In this document: positions 38,792 to 51,834 of the stretch, piece by piece
Numbering within the stretch: the first letter of the stretch is position 1
Layout: the number at the start of each line of letters is the position of its first letter
NCBI RefSeq assembly: GCF_006345805.1
Contig: NC_042997.1
Coordinates: 192,572,001 to 192,636,000, forward strand
DNA: 64,000 nt
DNA from: Octopus sinensis
Taxonomy: Eukaryota
Direction: 5' to 3'
Position numbers and translations under genes: made by a program
The notes under the pieces: generated by a model
The model's database searches: none
Told to the model about the DNA's origin: nothing
Seen by the model: only the letters and a program-made list of their open reading frames with translations

Positions 38792-39444
38792 ATCATGTAA
38801 AATCAAGTATATGTCAAGTATAGAATGTGAGATATGAGATTAAACATCAGAATAAAAATATCTTTGTTTAAATTTGATATATAACAAAAAAAATTTGTTG
38901 TTCCAAATTATAATAATATAATATAACTAGATTAAGTTGAATAGGGTACTTAAAGGTAAAGCACCTAGCTAGGTCGGAATAAAATGTACATACAGCAATT
39001 ATAGATGAATATCAACCTTGGTACAGAAGCAATGGCAATGATATTCGGGTAATGTATGCAGTTAATTTGACACAGCTGAGTATACAATCCGCTCTTGAGC
39101 TATTCAGACATGTACATTTTATTAAATATTCAGTTCATAATATACTTCGGAATACGCGAGACAGGGGAATTAAAAATAAATAAAAATTGTGTAGACAGGT
39201 GTCAATTCATTACAGGCGTTTCTAACGAAATTTTTAATTGATCAATGTGTACATTATATCATTATAAAAAACCATTAATTTCAAATGAATAATGGATTTC
39301 TCAATCAAGCATATTTAAAATAATTCAAAATCCATGGTACATACATATTTCGTGATTTTACGACTGGCCCTTGCCACAGAGTGAGCTTAGCCAAAACAAT
39401 GTATATTCAAGTGGTTTAGTGAGAGAGGAACAACACTACAACAC

Positions 39445-39570
39445 ATACCGTAAATCTTCGAGTATAGTCCGCCCTTGAGTATAATACGCAGGGGATTTTT
39501 AGGGGACTGTACCTCTGAAAAACCTAAACCTTGTGTATAATACACACCCCTTCTCTAACTTGAGTCGTGC
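39445..39570 (+). mobile_element. Possible DNA-transposon (pogo/Tc1-like) terminal remnant
   Basis: TACCGTAAATCTTCGAGTATAGTCCGC resembles termini of TA-targeting elements; no partner end identified. Confidence 0.3.
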
Positions 39571-40736
39571 GTAATTAAGCCAGCAGCACTTAGTCGAACA
39601 AACACTTCCGCGCAATAATGGTGATGTTCTTAACTGTTATATGGGAATGTAAATATGTTTGCAAATTGTTTTTGTTACATGTTATTCTGTGTTGTGAATA
39701 CTTTTATTTTAATAAATGTTGCTTACTGCAAGTTATGGATGATTCTTTTATGACTTCATTACTTTCAGGCTTAGCTGAAGGTATTTTCGCGCCCGACATC
39801 ACAAAATGTGTCTGAATAAACATTGCCGGACAGCAAATAGAGACTCGGACATTGCTTAGAAAATATTTTTTTTTAATTTTTAACCTTGTATATAGTATGC
39901 ACTAGGGATTTTGACCTTTAAATTTTGGGGATTATATTCGAGGATTTATGGTAAGGGAGGGGTATATTTGAGAAATTATAACCTTAATAGGCGTAGGAGT
40001 GGCTGTGTGGTAAGTAGCTTGCTTATGAACCACATGGTTCCGGGTTCAGTCTCACTGCGTGGCACCTTGGGCAAGTGTCTTCTACTATAGCCTCGGGTCG
40101 ACCAAAGCCTTGTAAGTGGATTTGGTAGACGGAAACTGAAAGAAGCCCGTCGTGTATATGTACATATATATGTGTGTGTGCTTGTGTTTCTGTGTTTGTC
40201 CACCCAACACCGCTTGACAACCGATGCTGGTGTGTTTATGTCCCCGTAACTTAGCGGTTCGGCAAAAGAGACCGATAGAATAAGTACTAGGCTTACAAAG
40301 AATAAGTCCTGGGGTTGATTTCCTCGACTAAAGGTGGTGCTCCAGCATGGCCACAGTCAAATGACTGAAACAAGTAAAAGAGTAAAGAGAGAATAGGGGT
40401 TAGTTGACTTGTGAGTGAGGGGAAGAGTAAGGGTCCTCCCAGTGTGCATTCTTGACAATAAAGAAAGAGGTGGCTCCATTTATCTAAGATACAATTCAAC
40501 TAGAAGTTCAGTGTTAAAGGCGAAAATGGTAAGAATCAATGACCTATGTGTATATCAACCTACTTTATTGTTAATGGCATTTGTGATGGAACCAAAATAC
40601 CAGGCTTTATCTTGTTAGTAGTAGACAAGGAAAAGGGACGAAAATGGGGAAGATAGAACAAAGAGAAGGAAGAGAGAGAAAAAGGGAAAAATAAGGGTCA
40701 AGGAGAAAGTCAGTCCTTAATAGCGTATTCATTAAC

Positions 40737-41085
40737 ATCATCATCATCATCCTAGTCAGGTGTCGCACTATGCGATGTTATGGTCATCACGATGTCTGCC
40801 ACCTTCTCCTGTCCCCTACCCTATGGACAGCTGAGAATAAAGACAATCCTGTGGCTGCAATGTCTTTCAGCTAAGAAGTGGGTGGCCTGCCTCTTTTACA
40901 TCGGCCGTTCACCTTGTCAGTTATGATCATTCGCTCAAGTCCATCCCGGTGCATGACGTGGCCAAAGAATCGTAGCTTCCGCTTCATGATGTTTCGCCGA
41001 AGCGTCATCTCGCAACCAACCTTTTCTGGTACCCAGTTGTTCGTCTTTTTCTCCGTCCACGACACTCTAAGGATTCTGCGGTAAC
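40737..41085 (-). pseudogene. RTE-clade LINE 3' fragment with (ATG)n tail
   Basis: ILRVSWTEKKTN...KLRFFGHVMHRDGLERMII..KVNGRCKRGRP. Confidence 0.85.
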
Positions 41086-41480
41086 ATTATGAGAGAAAGA
41101 TTTTATAGTAAGAGAGAGAAATTTAGAAGGATAAAAAAAATCAGAGAAAGTGGTGTTTTAATGATGAAATGGGTAGGGGGTTCTAACAAGTAATTTGGAA
41201 ATTAATAAATGGAAATGAAGAAGCCTCACATAAAATAGCAAAATTATGATACAACGATAATAAATATTATATATTAATTAGAAAGGTAATTAAAAAGTAA
41301 TTAAAAACAATATAAAGATCATACGCTGCAAGTAAGGGAGGGTATAGCTGCAGTATGTTAATAATAATAATAACAATAAATAATAAACAGTTATCATACA
41401 AAAATATATCGTAGAATATATTTGATAAAGTACTGGGTGAATTAAATGCAAAAAAAGGGAAGAATTATTGTCTTATTATA

Positions 41481-42047
41481 TTGGGTTGTCCGGAAAGTTC
41501 ATGCCGATTTTTAAAGGGAAGAAAAAGGTCAATAAATACTTGCCATTACATTTTTAATCAACCAAATATGAACCATTTTGTTGCACAATGCATCTCCATC
41601 TTTTCTTTAACTTGAAAATACCCTCTTCCCAGAATTGAGGTGGTTTCATGGCAAAGAATTCATCAAGGTATCTTTTTACGTCATCCATGGAATTGAAATT
41701 TTTACTATTAAGACTATTCTGCAGAGACGTGAATAAGTGGAAATTCAAAGGAGCAATATCTGGTGAATATGGAGGGTGGGGGTAATACATCCCAGCCGAG
41801 CTGCAGCAATTTTTGTCTGGAGCCCAAAGCATCAAGTGCCGAAAATGAACTTTCTTATCTTCCATTTTAAAGGGTTACAGAATTAACACAGGTTATAGGA
41901 ACATAAACCTTCTTCCACGAAAAGATAGCTTAAACTGTGCTCTAAATGGAGGTGTAGTAAAATCCTATTTTATGGACTCAACCATGTTCTAAAATAAGTC
42001 GAAAGGTAAGCTACCATAAATCGGCACGAACTTGCCGGACAACCCAA
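41481..42047 (-). mobile_element. Internally deleted mariner element (567 bp)
   Basis: TIR TTGGGTTGTCCGG(A/C)AAGTTC(A/G)TGCCGATTT, TA TSDs at 41479-80 and 42048-49. MEDKKVHFRHLML joined to HPPYSPDIAPLNFHLF...RW..IVQQNGSY. Confidence 0.9.
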
Positions 42048-43823
42048 TAGATTATAAAGTCAGATACCGAGAGAGAAACTATATGTATAAAAATATATAA
42101 ACTTTTTGATTATAAATATATACCCAAATCTAAATAAAGCTAACAAAACAAAGTAAATCGTATTTCGGTAATATTAGAGATGTATTATTTCAGGATACGT
42201 TATAAAGTTTCATAGAATACAAAAAGTAAAGAGGAGATAAACGTGGTCCTCTTTGATCTCGAACGGTCATCCAGCAGCTATTAATGGCTAGTATTTAGTT
42301 GTTTTCTCGCTTAGGTAAAGACAGGTATATTTAGAAAGCTACAAATATGATACTAAAAAAACGAAGAATAAATAATTTCTTATAGATTAAGACACTAAAA
42401 AACAAAGAATTTCTTATTATAGATTATAAATAGTCAGATACCGAGAGAGGACTATATGTAAACAAAAAAAAAAAAGAAAAGAATATTCAAGGACAATTGA
42501 TTATAAATGTAAACTTAAATCTTATCAGGAGTAATAAGCAAAGTAAATCATATTACAGTAATGATAAAGATGTAATATTTCGGGACAGATTTTAATGATT
42601 CGTAGTATATAAAGGCAAAGAGAAGATAAACTAAATTTATATTGGTCGGTTGGCTGGTTCAAATTGTAATTGCCTAGATTACACAAACATTGCAAAGGTA
42701 TGATTAAACGAATTAGAGTATAATTAGCCAAACCGAAGGTTCATAGGGGCCAGTGGATCAAGAGATCCTACCGTTTGATAACCGTGGTAATACTATTAAA
42801 CAGGCTAAACTAGAGAGAATAGAAGGTAAGGATGCCATGATAGTAGGGACAATAGGGGATAAGTAGATTAGATGCTTTAGAAGCATTGTTCCAAAGTATT
42901 TAGAAGTACGGGTGATTCTATGAACACACGAAACCCTAAGGTCCAATTTATTATTAAGTCGTCCTTATTTCTATATTTAAATATTTTGTACAGCTCTATA
43001 CAACAAAATCCGCGCCCATATTGGTATATGGTTGAGCCCTACACATTATATTCCAATTTATGTTGAATTTAATATTGTTATCTTTGAGTTCCCAGATCTT
43101 CGTAGATAATGACGTGCTATTGGTTACGCAATCGTTTTTTTATATCTACTGAGAGCCCAATTTAAATAAAATTATTAGTATCCGTCAAAACCATTCAGCT
43201 ATCAATACATTCTTTGCTAAACATTGACCTAATAGTGGACAATGGTTTTTATGTTTACAATTACATTTATTATCGTTACTACTAGTTTTTGCTTTTATAT
43301 TCTTTTCTACTCTAGACACAAGGCCCGAAATTTGGGGGGAGGAGGCCAGTTGATTAGATCGACCCCAGTGCGCAACTGGTACTTAAGTTATCGACCCCGA
43401 AAGGATGAAAGGCAAAGTTGACCACGGTGGAATTTGAACTCAGAACGTAAAGACAGACGAACTATCGCTAAGCATTTCGTCTAGCGTGCTAACATTTTTG
43501 CCAGCTCGCCGCCTTAGTTTTTGCTTTTTATATTACTTTCACTCATAGAATCATCACAAGGGATACTGTTAATGTCTACAGAGTTGTTGTTAGAGGTTAT
43601 GTGTACACTTTTTGGTTATTATTGTCATTAGCTATATTAAGTATATTAACCCGCAGGTTATGGTTAGTATCGTTTGAGGTTATGTAATCAAAGTATACGG
43701 GTTTGTGTGGGTTTGAGGGAGTACTACAGATGGTCCACTGGCGTCCTTATTCACATTCAGCTGGTTCCTAGTACTACTAACTGACTAAGTCATTATTCAC
43801 AGCCCTACCTTGCATATATATAT

Positions 43824-43867
<44 letters not shown>

Positions 43868-43931
43868 GCCTTGGTTTTACGCAAAAAATTCTTATATATA
43901 TAATCCCCAAATTGCAGAACAATTCGTCACT

Positions 43932-44003
43932 GGCAGTTTAGCTTCAAAGTAAAGCACTTGACACGTAATCACAGGGATGTGAGTTCGCGTCTCATGACTG
44001 GCC
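43932..44003 (+). pseudogene. tRNA-like SINE head / tRNA pseudogene
   Basis: D stem GCTT/AAGC and T stem GTGAG/CTCAT with TTCGCGT loop; anticodon stem only 3/5 paired, acceptor bulged. Confidence 0.45.
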
Positions 44004-44088
44004 GCTGATATGTTTTTCTGCAATATATGGATAGTTTATCCTATATGGATAGCATTATCCTCCGTTCGGGAATAAATTATTTCTGTAT

Positions 44089-44132
<44 letters not shown>

Positions 44133-44561
44133 ACGGGCTTCTTTAAGTTTCCATCTCCCAATTACACTCACAAAGTTATGGTCGGCCTGAGGCTATAGTA
44201 GAAAATACTTGCCCAAGGCGGCAGTGAGACTGAACCCGGAATCATGTGGTTGGGAAGCAAGCATCTTACCACACAGGCACGAAAATTTATTGATTTAAAA
44301 ACAATAATCCCTTCGATATTTTTAATAAGAAATATTTTTTTTTAATTAATGAAAATACTTAATGAAATTGATAAAGTATAATAAAAATTCAGTCATATCA
44401 TATTTTTTTATATAGCCAAATTAATGTGAAATACGTCTTTGATGAAAGCCAGCCATTGAATCGATATTTAGCTGAAAAATAATGAGTTTTAGCTCTAAAT
44501 TACCGCGCTCTTCCAGATTAAATTCATTAATGCTTAAAATTGTGTGTGTGTGTGTGTGTGT

Positions 44562-44595
<34 letters not shown>

Positions 44596-45031
44596 TGTGT
44601 GTGTGTGTATTGAGAGGGAGAGCGAGAGAGAGAGAGAGATATATAGTGATGCAGAAGAATTTTAAATATAAACTCCTTGGTACAGTATTTGGTAAAATGA
44701 ATAGAAATGGTTTTTCTGGTCATTTTTCCATTTAAATATTTAAATGCTTATAAGTTATTAGATGTTATTTGTAAATACCCAATGATTTTTAAACATCTAA
44801 TTATTAAAGTGGGAAAATTATCAGAAAAGGCAAATCAATTCAGTTTTTGCACACAGATTGCGTAATACAAACAAAGAAATACAACTCAAAACATGAGTAT
44901 GTGTATTTTTTATTTAATTTATAGAAGTTACAAAGTAACTCAAGCGCCAAGAGTTTCGTAAATTGATACTAGTTAAACTTTGGGTGAGTCTCACACTTTG
45001 TAACTTCTGCAGATTAAATGATTTATATGTA

Positions 45032-46309
45032 CACAGACATGCAGGAAGTAAATAGACACCTTTAATTCTCAAAATTTCTGATCTAAGCGTTTTAATGTTT
45101 TCAGCGGTGTAGAATTTACAATGTAATTATTCTTTTTCATTTCAGGTGCCAATATATTAAACATTTGCGAAGAGTAACCATGCCACGCACAAAAAATTCA
45201 GCAGAACTGTCAGATTTTCAAAGAGGTCGTATTGTTGGGCAATCTGAGGTTGATCTTAGCCAGCGAAAAATTGCCGAAAATCTTCAAATTCCTCTGGCTA
45301 CTGTTAATAAAATTATAGTGCAATTTAAAAGCCAAGGAAAAGAATCAACAGATTCTCGTTCCGGCCGACCTGGCCTGTCGGAAAGGAAGCTTCGCTGTTT
45401 GATGAGAATTGTGGAAAACGAACCCCGTTCGAAGGCTTCTGACATTGCAAAACAGCTAGAAGTTAATCCAAGAACGTGTGTTACATATATATCTGCATAA
45501 GCTTGGCTTATGGACGAGCAGCTAGAAGAAAATCTCTCCTTCAACCAATTAATATCATGAAAAGAAAGAAATGGGCTAAGGAGACGTCAGAAAAATTCAG
45601 TTCATTTTGAGATAGAGTGACTTTTGTCAGGTGAATCCAGATTTGCAATATTTTCAGACAGTGGATGTGTTTGGGTCTGGAAGCTTCCCAATCAAGAATT
45701 TGAGTTGAAACGACCTCAACCAACTGTGAAACATGGCGGTATCTCTGTAGTAGTATGGGAAGCTGTCACCAGCAATGGTCGTTCTGAGCTGATCGAATGT
45801 GTTGGAACTATAAACTCTGAAAAATACATCGAAATACTTAAGCAAGGACTACTTCCGATGTATTTACACGATAGTATAACGAAAAATGAGCGTTTATTCA
45901 TGGAAGATGGGGCTCTATGCCACACAGCGAAAAGGAATCAACAATGGTTGACTGAAAATGGGATCAAAAAGCTTCCTTGGCCAAGCCAATCTCCTGACAT
46001 GAACCCAATTGAAAATCTTTGGAACATACTAGATAGAGCTATACGAAAAACTCGACAGAAACCTAAATCTAAAGATGAATTGTTTCGATTGTTGCGTGAA
46101 AAGTGGACAGAAATTCCACAAGAGACAATCACAAAGCTCATCAGTTCAATGCCAAAAAGAGTTTCTAAATTAAAAACTGCAAAGGGAATGTCAAGTAAAT
46201 ACTAAAGTATGTAGTCCTATCTGTCGATTACATTTCAATTATTCGCTTTGCGTATTAAATAAAAGATTTTGAAAATTAAAGGTGTCTATTTACTTCCTGC
46301 ATGCCTGTG
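45032..46309 (+). mobile_element. Full-length (1278 bp) Tc1-family DD34E transposon, transposase disrupted
   Basis: ~48-bp TIR CACAGACATGCAGGAAGTAAATAGACACCTTTAATT, TA TSDs. HTH (ELSDFQRGRIVG, SGRP), frameshifts near 45490-45620, first catalytic D read as G (SGESRF), EDGALCH-34-WPSQSPDMNPIENLW. Confidence 0.95.
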
Positions 46310-46344
46310 TACGTATGTATATGCACACACACGCGTGTGCGCGC

Positions 46345-46870
46345 GTAGGTTGTCCCAAAATACGTATGCACACTTTAATAACTGATAACCCACTTAATTC
46401 TTGTTCGTTGCTAGATTTGACCCATTAAAAATAAAGTAGGGAGTTAGACTAAGCTTTGAATAAAGGAAATTTAAAGGCTTACTGGAAGTTTGAAAATGCA
46501 GTCCAAGCACAGAGGCTGTTTAGGAGATGTATCCAAACAGATCCACCAACTTCACTTGCATCATTCGAATCAGGGATTACTTTGGAGCGGATGTAACTGA
46601 TCAGAATGTCCATAAGAAACGTTTAAGAAGAACGCGGACATTGAGGACCTCTACAAAGCAAGAAAGGGTTCGATTAATGTATGTGGTCCATTGCCTCTCC
46701 CCACTCCGTATTCCGCTGCTTTTTCCCTTGACCACTTTCTCCTTTTTTTTTCTTTTTAAAGTTTATATTAGTAAATAAAGTAATGTAATGCCAGCGAGTC
46801 GTGTGATAGGAATTTCAAAAGCAAATGTCCATCGCATTTTGATGAGCTGTCATTGGAAAAGTTACTTTAC
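46345..46870 (+). pseudogene. Remnant of a Tc1/mariner-superfamily transposase N-terminus (DUF4817-like HTH)
   Basis: FENAVQAQRLF..DPPT..IIRIRDYFGADVTDQNVHKKR..RT..STKQERV. Confidence 0.6.
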
Positions 46871-46975
46871 AAGAACGCAAAACATTCAGACAGTTAGGTG
46901 ATACAAAAAAGGGACAACAAAACATCCAGACAGACGATACGAAGAAAACAAGGACGGATCATTTGGAGTTTTCTT

Positions 46976-47032
46976 TCCTCAGTCGAGTTCCAGATTATCT
47001 TTGCAATTTCGGCTGGTTATACTCGAGATTGC
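46976..47032 (-). ncRNA. Candidate permuted hammerhead, repeat family Y (repeat ~46870-47280; homolog 34170-34400)
   Basis: GCAAT C TCGAGT (10 nt) GAAA TTGC (14 nt) ACTCGA CTGAGGA; AUC triplet; stem II not evident. Confidence 0.5.
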
Positions 47033-47349
47033 TCCAATCTGGCCAGCCCCAAGCAAAATCTAAGCTAAGAGCACTAAATTCCTTGGAAGAAAGCAGCGAA
47101 TGTATACGAAAACAAGGACGGAAAAAAAACGGAGAAATGGTACACAAATACAAATAACAGGACATTAACAACGGGTGTCTTTCGGCTAAGAACGAATTAA
47201 ATTAAGCTGGCGTGTGTGGAAGTAAAGCCTTACGGCAGGGACATAAGATTTGACAGGCACAGGGAGGAATATAGATGTTATATACATATATATATAAGTT
47301 GTCAACGAGTCCATAAGCCAGTAAAAAAGGCACTCGTATATCTGTCAAC

Positions 47350-47645
47350 TGAGTGTGTATATTACCCGAAGTGTACAGTAGTATATATCTATTGCGGCCG
47401 ATCTTACCACTCGGTTTCTTGCAAGGGATTCAACGGAATGTCAGGTAACAGTCCGATTATGTAACCCTACGCTTATCTAGGTAGTCATATCAGCTACTCC
47501 TGATGAGCGATATGGCAACCTCTGATGGGTGCAGGGTTACATAATCGGTTTGTTAGCTAACACTCCATTGAAGCCCTAACGCGAAACCGCTTGGTAAGAT
47601 CGGCCGCAATTGACATATAATACTGTGCACTTCGGATGATATATA
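47350..47645. repeat. Imperfect inverted repeat, ~120-bp arms with ~60-bp spacer
   Basis: attgcggccgatcttaccactcggtttc vs gaaaccgcttggtaagatcggccgcaat; complementarity extends on both sides. Confidence 0.8.
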
Positions 47646-47839
47646 TGTGTGTGTATGTTTGCGTGCACGTGTGTGTGTGTCTGCGTGTGTAAATGTATAT
47701 TTATATATATACACACGCATATAACCAATTGTACATACATACATACATAAATACGTACATACGTACATACATACATAAATACGTACATACATACATACAT
47801 ACATACATACATACATTCATACATACATACATACATACA

Positions 47840-47875
<36 letters not shown>

Positions 47876-48004
47876 TACATACATACATACATGTGTATCT
47901 GTGATTCTTAGTGCGTCATATTAAAACGCGTGCAATAGCCGAAGCCTTATCAATAAACCGATAAATTGCCAACAACACAGAAACAAGGTCTGTTCTCTAT
48001 CTCT

Positions 48005-48049
<45 letters not shown>

Positions 48050-48224
48050 GTTCTCTTGTCTTTGTATCTCTACACGACACTCTTAGTGAATTCGCTAACA
48101 CGAACAGCTTTACAGACGAACACAGCGGTCAATGGCGGGATTGGAAATTAAATAAGCTTAATTGAACGATGCATTTCATTGAAGGTTACTTTTCATTGTG
48201 AATCTATTGAAAACCGCTGAAGGT

Positions 48225-48830
48225 CGTGCGTTTGTATGTGTTTGTATGCATGTGTTTATGTGAGTGTGTGTGTTTGTGTGTGTGTGTGTAAGTGTGCGTG
48301 TATCTGAGTGCGTGTGTCTGTGAATGTTTGGTTGTGTATGTGTTAGTGTGTGTGCGTGTGTGGTGTGTGTAAGTGTGCGTGTATCTGAGTGCGTGTGTCT
48401 GTGAATGTTTGGTTGTGTATGTGTTAGTGTGTGTGTGTGTGGATGGGTGTGTGTGTGTGTAGGTGTGTGTGCGTGTGTGTGTGTAAGTGTGGGTGTATCT
48501 GAGTGCGTGTGTCTGTGAATGTTTGGTTGTGTATGTGTTAGTGTGTGTATGTGTGTGTGTGTGTAAGTGTGCGTGTGTGTTTGCGTGTGTAAGTGTGCGT
48601 GTATATGAGTGCGAGTGTCTGTTTGTGAATGTTTGGCTGTGTATGTATTAGTGTTTGTGTGTGTTTGTGTGTGCGCGTGTGTGTACGTGTGTGTGTTTAT
48701 GTGTATTTGTGTGTGTGAGTGTCTATGTAAGTGAGTGCGTGTCTGCGTGTGTTCGCGTGTTGTGTGTGTGTGAGTGTGCGGATGTGTGTGTGTATTTGTG
48801 TGCATGCATGTGTTTGTATCTGTGTTTGCG
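48225..48830. repeat. TG-rich minisatellite with ~75-bp higher-order unit (gtaagtgtgcgtgtatctgagtgcgtgtgtctgtgaatgtttggttgtgtatgtgttagt)
   Basis: Unit recurs about 4 times. Confidence 0.85.
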
Positions 48831-48841
48831 TATGCTTGAGT

Positions 48842-48872
<31 letters not shown>

Positions 48873-49249
48873 TACGTGTGTGTGGGGGAGGGTGTATACT
48901 GGGATTGTGTGCATACTGGGATGGTATAGTTTTGCCTTTTGTCATGCCACATCCATTCTTGCCAAACCCATTCGAAAGAAAACAACAGAAAATAAAGTAA
49001 GAGATTTTTTTTAAAGCGCTAAAAACAACAGCCAGATTTCCTTCAAACCTCATATTAGATAATATAGTCGTGGGTAGATTATAGTCGATTACAGGTAAAT
49101 AATCAGCCCAGTCTCTCGAAAATTTGGCATTCGGTGAAAATAAGTGACCCTAGCATATTGATCAAAGCGATTTATAAAAGAAAACACAAAAAACAGTGCT
49201 ATTTATGTGTAAAGTGGAATAAATTCAACTAGTCCAAAATAACAAACAC

Positions 49250-49370
49250 AGAGGTGCGTTTAAAAAGTATCCAACTTTATTTTTTTCCCGCCCAAACTAA
49301 TTCCACGTGAACAAAATCCTTTGGGTTCACGATGACGCCATCCTTCATGCGCATGCGTGAAAATATTACT
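49250..49370 (+). mobile_element. Mariner-like terminal remnant
   Basis: GAGGTGCGTTTAAAAAGTATCCAAC resembles mariner TIRs; no partner end seen. Confidence 0.35.
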
Positions 49371-49568
49371 ATTTTGAGTATTTATCACAAATTCTAATAG
49401 TTTGCAAATAATATGTTTTACAGAAGTATACAATTACAAGAGTATAGACATGAACGTGTGGTTTGAGAGTTCAGTTCTCAACCACGTCGTGTTGGTTTGA
49501 AGCAACAAGCATTTAGTCAATAAAGCAATCTGTGAGGACTTCTGGAAACAATGGGGCTTGTATGTATG

Positions 49569-49801
49569 TTCCTTCTGCTTTTTAATTATTATAAATCTTC
49601 CACTGAGGAGGGAGCCGGTTTCCAACAAAGATACAAGGCTCCATCTTTGGGATGTAGTCAATAAAGACAAATTCACATTTGGAACTTGAGAAAAGTTTTG
49701 TATATTTTGACTGTTCCACTCACAGATTGCACTTGTAATGTACGAATTAGCCGGTCGATTTCTCTTTCTGAAAATCCCAGTTTATCCAGATTCTCCTTTA
49801 A
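49569..49801 (-). mobile_element. Extreme 3' end of an RLE-type non-LTR element inserted in (TACA)n
   Basis: LKENLDKLGFSEREIDRLIRTLQVQSVSGTVKIYKTFLKFQM* resembles the LQ..S..GT.KI terminus of RLE elements; ~100-nt 3' UTR; TATG repeats on both flanks. Confidence 0.55.
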
Positions 49802-50316
49802 GCATGTGTATGTATGTATGTATGTATGTATGTATGTATGTATGTATGTATGTATGTATGTATGTATGTATGTATGTATGCATGTATGCATGCATGCATG
49901 TATGTATGTATGTATGTATGTATGTATGTATGTATGTATGTATGCATGCATGTATGTATGTATGCATGCATGTATGTATGTATGTATGTATTATGTATGT
50001 ATGTAGGTGTGTGTGTATGTATGCCATTATTCAGTTTATTTCAAGATTTCCTGCCAATAGAGAAAGAACCGGTTTCTAACCTAGATCCAGGGTTCCTTCA
50101 CTGGATTTTCAACATCAATAATAGGGTAATTTTGTATGTATGTATGTATGTATGTATGTATGTACTGGGTTATATGGTACTAGTAGCGTAAACAACTTGA
50201 CATAAGGTAAGTAAGGCTTTTGCAAAACTTTTTCTTAAATAGCTAACACTGTGGATATGCCCCTCTGTCATCCCGGAGAGTCAGTATAGTTTTAGATCAC
50301 ATCGTGGCACAATGGA

Positions 50317-50357
<41 letters not shown>

Positions 50358-51349
50358 GTATATATATATATATATATATAACCTGGAAACTTTATGAAGT
50401 GAACAAGTGAATTAAAAACCTGAATAACTTTTGGGAATATTGAATTATTTTCAAATAAAAAATGCATCAAATCAAATCAATGATTCCTTCGATAGGAGTT
50501 GGCTAAAATATACTTTTCTACTCTAGGCACAAGGCCCGAAATTTGGTGGGAGGAGCCAGTCGATTAGATCGACCCAGTATGTAACTGGTACTTAATTTAT
50601 TGGCCCCCAAAAGGATGAAAGGCAAAGTCGACCTCGATATTTGAATTCGGAACGTAAAAACAGACGAAATACCGTTCAGCATTTCGCCTGGCGTGCTAAC
50701 GTTTCTTATTTCTTTATTGCCCACAAGGGGCTAAACATAGAGTGGTCAAACAAGGACAGACAAACGGATTAAGTCGATTATATCGACCCCAGTGCCTAAC
50801 TGGTACTTATTTAATCAACCCCGAAAGGATGAAAGGCAAAGTCGACCTCTGCGGAATTTGAACTCCGAACGTAACGGCAGACGAAATACCACTAAGCATT
50901 TCGCCCGGCGTGCTAACGATTCTGCCAGCTCGCCGCCTTCTAACTTGGGATAAAATATTATCACACCGAGTTAAATACATCATTGTAACCATTTTCTTTT
51001 CCTCGTGTTCAAATCCCCAAATGATTGCTTTTAATTTTTTATTAATTTGAAGTGGAGATTGATAGAATAGTTTCCAATAGTGTTTAAGGACCATTTGATC
51101 TAGTTTAGATTCAATCCTACAACATTTGAGTATGTATAAAAATAAATCAATATTACATTTTTGTGGGAAAACACTGACTACTGCGTGGTTTTCTCCTAAT
51201 TTGCCTAATATTTACATACACACGCACACACAAAGAATCTTTCAACAAAGAGTCGAAACTTATAAAATAGGGAAATATGATAAGAAAACGGTGGCGGGGG
51301 TGGGGAATGGATGAATGAAACAACTTTCAAACATTTAAAAGAAAGATTG

Positions 51350-51600
51350 AAATAAGTTCTGAGAATCCAGGAGCACATTCCGCGGGCCATGTCAACTTTG
51401 TTGTTTATATGAGGGGCCCAATTATGATCTGGTCCACAATTACTCCCAAGTCTCTGATGATGCTGGATGCCAAAAGAGTTTCACCTGAAAGAAGGGAGTA
51501 TGGGAGTTTCAGGGTATCCTCTTTACCGAAGTGGATCAACTCAAATTTGTCGTCGTTCAGCAGCATATTATTCTTTTTTGTCCATTGGATAACAGCCAAT
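51350..51600 (-). pseudogene. CR1-like RT fragment
   Basis: WTKKNNMLLNDDKFELIHFG..IRDLGVIVD..MARGMCSWILRT. Confidence 0.8.
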
Positions 51601-51649
51601 GTATATATGTAAGTATATATGTATGTATATATAATATATATACTGTATA

Positions 51650-51685
<36 letters not shown>

Positions 51686-51834
51686 TATGTATACATACAC
51701 GCATATACTTGCATATACATATATACATGTATATGTAAGTATATGCGTGTATGTATACATATACATACATACATACATACATACATACATACATACATAC
51801 ATACATACATACATACATACATACATACATACAT

